A stretch of DNA of 24,000 bases from Elusimicrobiota bacterium (lineage in GTDB: Bacteria > Elusimicrobiota > Elusimicrobia > UBA1565 > UBA9628), in NCBI GenBank assembly GCA_027327915.1, contig DAHVWT010000009.1:1-24000 (forward strand). Direction: 5' to 3'. Each line of letters starts with the position of its first letter. Position 1 is the stretch's first letter. Below the pieces are notes generated by a model that saw only the letters and a list, made by a program, of their open reading frames with translations, searched no databases and was not told where the DNA came from. Positions 7,926 to 15,082 of the stretch are shown here, piece after piece. The position numbers and the translations under genes are program-made.

Positions 7926-10103
7926 TCACCGCTTGAAAATCCTTTTAAACCAGCCCATGACGCCCCCCTCGTGGAGATTGCAATAGGCCGTCGGCTCCGT
8001 TCCCGAGACGTAGAATTCCTTGATCCGAACCGGGCAGCCGGAGCGGGCCCTCAGGCCCGAGGCGGGATCGATCGCCACCTCGACGACGCCCGCGGGTTTC
8101 GTGAAGTCCTTGGCGGGGCAGCCCATGAGGGCTTGGGACATGAAGGCCTCCCAAAGAGGCAGCGCGTCCTTGGCGCCGGTCAAACCCGTGGCCCGTCGCC
8201 GGTCGTCCCCGGCCCAGACGCCGCAGAGCAGCCGCGGCGTGTAGCCGACAAACCAGGCGTCGCGGCCGAGATTCGTCGTCCCCGTCTTTCCGGCCGCGGG
8301 CAGCCGAAAACCCAGGGCGGCGAGGGACCGGGCCGTCCCCTCGCGCACCACGCCTTCAAGGAGCGAGGTCAGGACGAAGGCGATCTCGGGCTTGATGGCG
8401 CTTTCGCGCTCGACGCGGTCCGTCTCGAGGAGTCGCCCTTCGGCGTCAAGGACCGCCAGCACGAGGAGGGGCTTGACCCGGAAGCCGCCGTTGGCGAAAG
8501 GCGCGTAAGCCGCCGAGATCTCCAGCAGCGTCGTTTCCGAACTCCCCAGCATGGAAGTTAGATTTCTCTGGATGGGCTGGGTCAGGCCTAGGCGTCCGGC
8601 CATGTCGATCACGGCGGCGATCCCCACCTTGTCCGCCGCGTCCAGGGCCGCGGCGTTGAGGGAATGGGCCAAGGCCTGGCGCAGGCTCACGGGACCCCAA
8701 TAGCGCTCGTTGTAATTTCGGGGGTTCCAATCGCCCAGGGCTTCGTGGTAGCTGCGCGGTCTATCGTCGAGGACAGTTGACGGAGACAGGCCCTTTTCGA
8801 GCGCCGCCGCGTAAAGGATGGGCTTGAAGGCGGAGCCGGGCTGCCGCAGCGCCTGGGTCGCGCGGTTAAACTGGCTCTTCGCGAAGTCGCGCCCGCCGAC
8901 GAGGGCTTTGACCCGGCCCGTCTCGGGATCGAGGGCCGCGAGGGCCGCTTCGATGCGTGAGGGCCGCGCCAGGGCGCGATAGGCGTCCTCCTGGAGGACG
9001 GGATCCATGGCCGTGTAGACCTTGAGCCCTCCGCGGAAGACGGCGTCGTCGCCATAGCGCGGCACGATCTGGCGCAGAATCTCGGCGACGTAATAGGCGG
9101 CAAAGCGCTTCCGCGCCGGAAGGGGGGGGCGGGGATTGACGGCGAGAGGCGCCCGAAGCGCGTTCTGGAGTTGCGCCAAGGATATCGCGCCGTCGATCCG
9201 CATCCGATTGAGCACCCAATCGCGCCGCCACAAGGCTTCTCGCGGGCGTTCGAAGGGGTTGTAGTAGTAGGGCGATCGGATGAGAGCGGCCAGGAGCGCG
9301 CAATCCGGCAACGTCAGCGCCGGGAGCTTTTTGCCGAAGTAGAATTTCGCGGCGGACTTGACGCCGGCGATGCTCAGGGAGCCCGACTGTCCCAGATAGA
9401 TGTGGTTGAGATAGAGGGTGAGGAGGCGATCCTTTCCGTATCGGTGTTCGAGGTAAATCGCGAGCGCCGCCTCCTCGATCTTGCGGCTCAAGGTGCGGCG
9501 GGGGTTTAAAAAGAAATTCTTCGCGAGCTGCTGCGTGATCGTGCTCGCTCCGAGGAGGATCCGCCGCCGACGCAGGTCGACCCAGAGCGCCCGGCCCACG
9601 GCCCGCCAATCAATCGCGCCATGGGCATAAAAACGGCGGTCTTCGGCCGCGAGAACGGCCTGACGAAGCTGCCGAGGGATCTCCTCGAAGGCGGCTGGCT
9701 CCCGGCGCACCTTCTTGGCGCCGGAGATCTCCTCCACGACCTCAGGCTCGAGGGCCAGGAAAGGCGCGGCGTTTCCGGAAGAGTCCCGGATGCTCCAGCG
9801 ATTAGAAATCCAAGTGCGGGATAATTCATAGATTCCAAGATCCTGGGACAAAAAGGGTTCTTGGAAGCCGCGGACGCCGATGACAAGGCGTCCTCCGTGC
9901 AGGACGTATTGGCCGGTCGCTGGCGGGGCGCTTGCGGCTTCGGCGTAGCCCAGCCGTTTGAGACGCGCGAGAACCCAGGGCCAACCGCAAGCCTCCGCTC
10001 CGTCCCGGAAGACGGCGGGTTCGGCATAGATTCTCGTCGAGAAGCTCTCGCCCAGACCGCCGACGACGAGCTTTGAGAGCTTATGCTCCGCGACGACGAC
10101 CAC
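7926..10103 (-). CDS. Class A penicillin-binding protein (PBP1A family: GT51 glycosyltransferase + transpeptidase)
   Basis: GT51 motifs EDRRFYAHGAID, GASTITQQLAKN and RKIEEAALAIYLE...YLNHIYLG. Transpeptidase motifs SAFKP (SxxK), SLN (SxN) and KTGTT (KTG). The first canonical start is GTG 10103, but a membrane-anchor-like segment is encoded in frame upstream (to about 10169). Confidence 0.9.
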   Translation of the reverse strand: MVVVAEHKLSKLVVGGLGESFSTRIYAEPAVFRDGAEACGWPWVLARLKRLGYAEAASAPPATGQYVLHGGRLVIGVRGFQEPFLSQDLGIYELSRTWISNRWSIRDSSGNAAPFLALEPEVVEEISGAKKVRREPAAFEEIPRQLRQAVLAAEDRRFYAHGAIDWRAVGRALWVDLRRRRILLGASTITQQLAKNFFLNPRRTLSRKIEEAALAIYLEHRYGKDRLLTLYLNHIYLGQSGSLSIAGVKSAAKFYFGKKLPALTLPDCALLAALIRSPYYYNPFERPREALWRRDWVLNRMRIDGAISLAQLQNALRAPLAVNPRPPLPARKRFAAYYVAEILRQIVPRYGDDAVFRGGLKVYTAMDPVLQEDAYRALARPSRIEAALAALDPETGRVKALVGGRDFAKSQFNRATQALRQPGSAFKPILYAAALEKGLSPSTVLDDRPRSYHEALGDWNPRNYNERYWGPVSLRQALAHSLNAAALDAADKVGIAAVIDMAGRLGLTQPIQRNLTSMLGSSETTLLEISAAYAPFANGGFRVKPLLVLAVLDAEGRLLETDRVERESAIKPEIAFVLTSLLEGVVREGTARSLAALGFRLPAAGKTGTTNLGRDAWFVGYTPRLLCGVWAGDDRRRATGLTGAKDALPLWEAFMSQALMGCPAKDFTKPAGVVEVAIDPASGLRARSGCPVRIKEFYVSGTEPTAYCNLHEGGVMGWFKRIFKR

Positions 10104-10165
10104 GATCGCCCAGGCGGCGGCCAGGAGCGCTAGGGCGGCTAGGACGGCGCGGCGGAGACGAAGCC

Positions 10166-11467
10166 TTATAGGCTCGACGCGAGGGCCGGCGAGGGCTTGG
10201 GTCGCGCGTTAAGCTTGGAGGCCCATTGCGCGAACGTCATCCAGCGGCTGCTCTTCGCCCAGGCGAGGTCGGCGTAGTCGGAGTTGAAGTCGGATGAGGG
10301 CAGGTAGATCGCGAGCCCCTTGGCGTGGGACATGCCCGAGCCCGCGGTGTCGTTGTCGACGATGAGCTTGTCCGAGAGAAACTGCATCACCTGCTTGGCC
10401 TGGGACTTGACGTCGGCGGAGCGGGCGCGCTCGGAGATCAGCCGCGCGAAGTCGTAGAGGTCGACGTTGTCCCGGATGTAGAATTTCTGGACGTCGGAGA
10501 GGGCGGAGACGACCGCCTCCTTCTCGTCGCCCTTCATGATGGCGGCGGTCCAGCCGTCAAGCAGGGGCGCCAAGTCCTTCAAGGCCGCGGCGCGCACGGC
10601 CGATTGCGTCGCCTCCTCGGAGCCTCCCTGGTAATGGCCGACATAGGAGTGCACGGCGAGCTTGCCCAGGGACTCGGACGTCATTCCGGGATTTTGAACC
10701 AGGGGGCCGAGCAGCGTGTTGTAGGTGTAGCCGTCGCCGGGCTCGGTCTCCTCGGAGCCCACGATCGTGCCCGCGTGGGGCATGATCTCGTAGTCGACCT
10801 CGGCCATTTGCATGAGGCAGGCGTCGCTCGCGTAGACGTCCACCCCGCCGATCGCGGCGAGGGCTTGGCCCAGTTCCTCGGTCGTGATGTGGTGGCCGGT
10901 TTCGTCGTCGTAGGAGATGCCGCGGATTGTCACGTCGGGATGGCCGTGCTGGGTCCAGCCGCTGCCGTGGTTCCAGACGACGAGCATCGTGTGCTTGGCC
11001 GGGTACTTCGCCTTGGCCCAATTCGCGAAATCGACCAGATTATGCCAGTCGCCCATGTCGCGGTCGGCGAAGGACTGGAGAACGGGGGAGGTGATCTTGT
11101 TCGGATTCGACGACTTCTTGACGAGGAAGCGCCTGGCGCCGTGCCAGCCGCCCGGGACGTCCGAGGCGCTGATGAGGCCGAACTCGACGACGACGTTGAC
11201 GCGCGGGGTCGAGCCCACCTGCTCCATCTGCTTGAAATTCGTGTAGCCGTAGGGAGCCAGGTTGTTCTTGCCGTTCAAGAAGACCATGACGGTCCAATCC
11301 GCGGGCTCTTCGTCGTGGCGGCGAAGCGCGGACGGCGCAACGGCGTTGACCTTTCGCAGGACCCGGGACAAGTCGAGGCCCTGATCGAAATTGAGCGTGT
11401 CCGAGGCGAAGGCCCCGGTTCCCAGCAGGGCGGTGATGCCGACGGCGGCGAGCAGCTTGCGAATCAT
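10166..11467 (-). CDS. Secreted clostripain-family cysteine peptidase (MEROPS C11-like)
   Basis: ATG 11467 preceded by AGGAGG. Signal peptide MIRKLLAAVGITALLGTGAFA. Motifs WTVMVFLNGKNNL, catalytic-type His in LVVWNHGSGW and Cys in VYASDACLM. Confidence 0.8.
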   Translation of the reverse strand: MIRKLLAAVGITALLGTGAFASDTLNFDQGLDLSRVLRKVNAVAPSALRRHDEEPADWTVMVFLNGKNNLAPYGYTNFKQMEQVGSTPRVNVVVEFGLISASDVPGGWHGARRFLVKKSSNPNKITSPVLQSFADRDMGDWHNLVDFANWAKAKYPAKHTMLVVWNHGSGWTQHGHPDVTIRGISYDDETGHHITTEELGQALAAIGGVDVYASDACLMQMAEVDYEIMPHAGTIVGSEETEPGDGYTYNTLLGPLVQNPGMTSESLGKLAVHSYVGHYQGGSEEATQSAVRAAALKDLAPLLDGWTAAIMKGDEKEAVVSALSDVQKFYIRDNVDLYDFARLISERARSADVKSQAKQVMQFLSDKLIVDNDTAGSGMSHAKGLAIYLPSSDFNSDYADLAWAKSSRWMTFAQWASKLNARPKPSPALASSL

Positions 11468-11569
11468 GAGACGTCCTCCTTTGGAAAAACTAAAAACTCG
11501 ATTGAAGCCAAACGACACGGCAACATAGCCTATTCGGAGGCCGCGAGGCAAGGGCTGGGGGGCTGGGGC

Positions 11570-12817
11570 CTAGTCGATGCGCTGGGTGTAGCAGCGCGTC
11601 CCGGGGATGCGGATGAGGCCCGTGGGCGGGGCGGGGACGGCAAGGATCATGGCCGCGCCTGGGGGCGGCTTGATCTGCGAGAAAGAGGCCGGGAAGCCAT
11701 CGGGGGCTCCGGGAGCGAGCTTGAAGCCCCGGTGAGTTCCCTCGATGTCGAAGGCGAGGCTCTCCTTGGTCGTTGCCGCTTGGGGCGCCGAGCCCTTGAC
11801 GCCCGACATGAATTGCTGCCCGCCGACAAGGGCCGTCGACCACGTGCCGCCGGATTTCCTCGCGACTCGGATCGTTCCCATTTGCATGATCTCGCGGTCC
11901 TTGCGGTCAACGGGATAGACGCGGTTGTCGCGGGCCAATTGCCGGTCGTTTTGATAGTCCCAGAAGCCCATTCCCTCGGGCATCGACCAGTCGCCAAGGC
12001 CGAAATCGACCGAGGCCTGGAGGCTTCCCTTGTCTCCTGGGAGGAGCAGGCTCGCGACGTCCGTGGCGAACTGGCGCCCCGCTTCGCCCAGACCCACGAC
12101 GCAGGATTGGAAATGGATCACGGCGTCGTCGGCGAAGACCCCGCGGATGGCGGGCACGCGGGCGACGATCTCCTTCCAGTCGTCGGCGCCGGTCGTGCAG
12201 GCGTAATGTCCGGGAGCGTCGGACATGCGGCGGATCGACATGATTTCTTCCTTGCTCACGGCCGAGTAATACTGCTCGTAGTTGGATTCCTCGGGTCCCG
12301 AGGCGCTCTGGCGCCAGGCGGCGCACTCGGCGCTGCGCTCCTGCGCCGTATCCTTGGGATACCACATCCCGCCCGGAAGGCCATGGCCGTGTATGTTGAG
12401 CACCGCGACCTTGGCGCCGCGCTTCGCCGATATCGCGGCGATCGCGCGCAGGAGTTCCTCCAAGTTCGAGAACTGGATCGTGGTGAAGCCGTCCGCGTCG
12501 TCGAAGACGAGGGGCGTGTGAAGCGTCCCTTCGGGGCTGATATGGCCCTTCCAGACGCTTGTCGCCGGATAGGGATGGAGCTTGTTGTCGTAGCGGTGGA
12601 ATTTCCCGACCCCGATCTCCGTTGCGTCGATCAGGAGCGTCGCGCCGGCTCTCGAACGGTAGCGACGCTCAACGGCCGCCAACGGGACGGAGGCTTGGGG
12701 GAGGGCGACGCGGACCTGGCTCATGACGTCGGCTCCGGCGTCCCAATGGATCGGAGGGGCGGCGAACGACGCGGCCGCCGAGGATGAGGCGATGAACAGG
12801 GCTAAAATCCGTTTCAT
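11570..12817 (-). CDS. Secreted hypothetical protein with a clan-CD-like His/Cys motif pair
   Basis: ATG 12817 gives signal peptide MKRILALFIASSSAAASFAAP (alternative ATG 12853 adds 12 aa). No family recognised with certainty. Contains VAVLNIHGHGLPGG and AVIHFQSCVVGLGEAG. Confidence 0.65.
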   Translation of the reverse strand: MKRILALFIASSSAAASFAAPPIHWDAGADVMSQVRVALPQASVPLAAVERRYRSRAGATLLIDATEIGVGKFHRYDNKLHPYPATSVWKGHISPEGTLHTPLVFDDADGFTTIQFSNLEELLRAIAAISAKRGAKVAVLNIHGHGLPGGMWYPKDTAQERSAECAAWRQSASGPEESNYEQYYSAVSKEEIMSIRRMSDAPGHYACTTGADDWKEIVARVPAIRGVFADDAVIHFQSCVVGLGEAGRQFATDVASLLLPGDKGSLQASVDFGLGDWSMPEGMGFWDYQNDRQLARDNRVYPVDRKDREIMQMGTIRVARKSGGTWSTALVGGQQFMSGVKGSAPQAATTKESLAFDIEGTHRGFKLAPGAPDGFPASFSQIKPPPGAAMILAVPAPPTGLIRIPGTRCYTQRID

Positions 12818-12823
12818 GGCGGG

Positions 12824-12853
12824 AGTATAGCTCGGCTTCGCCGCGGCCGTCAT
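12824..12853 (-). promoter_or_regulatory. Candidate sigma70 promoter (ATGACG-N18-TATACT) placing +1 at or next to ATG 12817 (leaderless candidate)
   Basis: Minus sense atgacg (12853..12848), 18-nt spacer, tatact (12829..12824), then cccgcc-ATG. No SD precedes ATG 12817. Confidence 0.3.
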
Positions 12854-12906
12854 GAGGCTAACGGGCCTCGCGAGGCCGACCCAAAAGGCCCAGAACCCGC
12901 GCCGGA

Positions 12907-13740
12907 TCAGGCGAGGTGCTGGGCGAAGAACTGCAGGGTCCGGACGAAGGCGAGCCTAGCGGACTCGACGCTGTAAGAGGGGCGATTGTCGTTGAAGAAA
13001 GCGTGATGGCTTTTGGGGTAGATATGGTATTCGAAGCTCTTGCCCTTGGCTTTGAGCTTCTCGGCGAGAACGGGGATATGGGGGGTGATGCGAGGGTCGT
13101 TCTCGGCGTAGTGGCCGAGGATCGGGCAGGCGATGGCGTCCAAGTCCTCGTCCGGCATGGGGTTCCCGTAGTAAACGACCGCGGCGGCCAGCTCGCTGCT
13201 TTTCGCGGCAAGGGCGCCGGAAAGCGTCCCCCCCAGGCAGAATCCCACGATCCCCAGTTTTTGCCCCCGGACGGCTTCATGCTCTTTATAAAGGAAGGAG
13301 ATCAGTTCCAAAAGGGGGTCCATAAACTGGGGCAGATCGTGCCGGGGAGAACTCATGATGGGAGCGAAGAGAGCGTCGAACGTTTCCTGAAAGCGGCCGG
13401 CGCGGTCCCCGCCCTTCTCCTTCATGGCCTTGGCGCGCTTTTCCGAATCGAAATAGACGGAGACGGGGAGCGTGTTCATGAACTCCTGGAGTTCCTTGAC
13501 GCGCGAACGCCCAAGGGGCGCGGGGCGCCGGCCATGGCGGGCGTAGAGGTCCGGAGTGAAGGCGGCGTAGCCCGCCTCGGCGAAGCGGCGCGTGACGTCT
13601 TCGATGTGGTCATCCGCGCCCCAAATCTCCTGGATGACGATGATGCCGGGGAGCGGCGGTCGGGCGAGCCGAGGCCTGGCGGCGTAAGCCGAGAAAATCC
13701 CGCCGGGGCCGTAGTTGAAGACTTCGGTGACGAGGCTCAT
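12907..13740 (-). CDS. Dienelactone hydrolase family protein (alpha/beta hydrolase)
   Basis: ATG 13740 gives MSLVTEVF...; GIIVIQEIWGADDHIEDVTRRFAEAGYAAFTPDLY; nucleophile motif GFCLGG; C-terminal HHAF. Confidence 0.85.
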   Translation of the reverse strand: MSLVTEVFNYGPGGIFSAYAARPRLARPPLPGIIVIQEIWGADDHIEDVTRRFAEAGYAAFTPDLYARHGRRPAPLGRSRVKELQEFMNTLPVSVYFDSEKRAKAMKEKGGDRAGRFQETFDALFAPIMSSPRHDLPQFMDPLLELISFLYKEHEAVRGQKLGIVGFCLGGTLSGALAAKSSELAAAVVYYGNPMPDEDLDAIACPILGHYAENDPRITPHIPVLAEKLKAKGKSFEYHIYPKSHHAFFNDNRPSYSVESARLAFVRTLQFFAQHLA

Positions 13741-13750
13741 GGCGGCTATT

Positions 13751-15082
13751 TTAGAAAGGATAATTGATGCCCGTAAAGACGGCGACGCCTTCCTGGCCGA
13801 TTCCGATGTCGACCGTGCCCACGACCTGGGGCTTGACGACGGCGCGGATGGCGGCCCCGACCACGGGGCGCAAATATTTGTAGGCGGCGTCCGGGAGGTC
13901 CTCGAAGACCGTGCCGACTCCGGCGAAGGGCGCGAATTGGAAGACGGTCGTGACTCCAGCCATCTTGCGGGCATAGAAGTTGATGCGATCCTCGATGTTG
14001 AGGGCGAGCATGCCGTTGTCCGTGTAGCGGCCGAGACCGTAAGCGCGCGAGCTGTATTCGCCGCCCAGATTCGGCAGAAGCCATAAGGGCGCCGTCCCGC
14101 GCACCTCCTGGTACTGTAGCTGGCCGGCCCAGGTCTGCTTGGAGGGATGGGAGGGGGTCGCGAGAGGGAATAGGTAGCGTCCGTCGAAACCGTAGCGCTG
14201 GAAGCTGTAGGAGCTCAAAACGCCGTGGGCCGATTCATCCGCGTAGATATTCATGTAGGCGCCGCGGGACGGGGTCACGGGATTGTCGCGAGTGTCGTAG
14301 TACAGCGAGCCTCCGAACTCGTCCGCCTGCTTGGGATAGATGGACGCGTAGCCCGGGAGCACGGCGCCGATATCGACGAGGCCCGGAACTTGAAAGTCCG
14401 AAATGCGGGAGCTGGAGTAATTGTTGTAGAGCTGGATCTTCCAGTCGCCGTGCGGTGGCAGCGGGTATCCGCCGAGAACTTGAAGGGAGGTCTGATGGAG
14501 AGCGTAGTTGGCCTGGTTGGACTCGGGGGAGTCGGGGCCGAAGCCCCAGAAGTGCTGGGAGGCGTTGACGACGTCCTCGACGCTCGCGAGGAAGTTAATG
14601 TCCTTGCCGAGAAAATTGTACGACTGATAGGAGAAGCGCTCGTCGTGCTCGATCTGCGTCGTCAGCGAGCCCTCCACGTTGTACTGCGACTCCGCGTCCG
14701 GATAGTAGTAGTAGCGGTACGTCCCGACGAAGCCGTAGATGGGGTTGCCGGTGAAGGAGGGCGCGGTGATCGACTCGATCTCGTCGGATCCGGGCTTTCG
14801 CTTGACCCAGATGGGCATGATGCCGGCGGTCGTTCCGCGGTTGGGGTCCTCGTCGATGACGGGGACGTTCACGAACATGCCGCTGGAGATCGGGTGGATC
14901 ATCCAGCGCGTGATCCAGGGGGTCGCCTCCGAAGGCGGGTTCTCGGCCCCGGGCGGCACCACGCGCGGCGGGGTCGGGGCCTCGGGGACCTGTGATTCGG
15001 GAAGATTTTGCGGAGTTTCTTGGGCCTCGGCGGCGCCGGCAAGAAACGACAGGAATAAAAGCAAGGCGAGAGCCCTCCGCAC
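13751..15082 (-). CDS. Omp85/BamA-TamA-family outer-membrane beta-barrel (surface antigen D15-type), internal initiation candidate
   Basis: GTG 15082 preceded by GGGGAGGG. Signal peptide (M)RRALALLLFLSFLAGAAEA/QE. Barrel motifs SLYYDTRDNPVTPSRG and LGGEYSSRAYGLGRY; C-terminal ...GINYPF (terminal Phe). Lies in frame inside the 809-codon ORF. Confidence 0.7.
   Translation of the reverse strand: MRRALALLLFLSFLAGAAEAQETPQNLPESQVPEAPTPPRVVPPGAENPPSEATPWITRWMIHPISSGMFVNVPVIDEDPNRGTTAGIMPIWVKRKPGSDEIESITAPSFTGNPIYGFVGTYRYYYYPDAESQYNVEGSLTTQIEHDERFSYQSYNFLGKDINFLASVEDVVNASQHFWGFGPDSPESNQANYALHQTSLQVLGGYPLPPHGDWKIQLYNNYSSSRISDFQVPGLVDIGAVLPGYASIYPKQADEFGGSLYYDTRDNPVTPSRGAYMNIYADESAHGVLSSYSFQRYGFDGRYLFPLATPSHPSKQTWAGQLQYQEVRGTAPLWLLPNLGGEYSSRAYGLGRYTDNGMLALNIEDRINFYARKMAGVTTVFQFAPFAGVGTVFEDLPDAAYKYLRPVVGAAIRAVVKPQVVGTVDIGIGQEGVAVFTGINYPF

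Noticed and set aside
10325-12787. 820-aa plus-strand ORF, the longest ORF in the track
   Set aside because: It is antisense to two independent minus-strand genes with clear signal peptides and motifs, and it crosses their intergenic region. Its translation is low-complexity Gly/Arg/Ala/Val/Asp with no motif. Long stop-free antisense frames are expected in GC-rich DNA.
12864-12877. Perfect 14-nt palindrome GGCCTCGCGAGGCC downstream of the hydrolase gene, considered as an intrinsic terminator
   Set aside because: No U-tract follows on the minus strand and the loop would be minimal. It cannot be supported as a terminator; it may be a minor structural element only.
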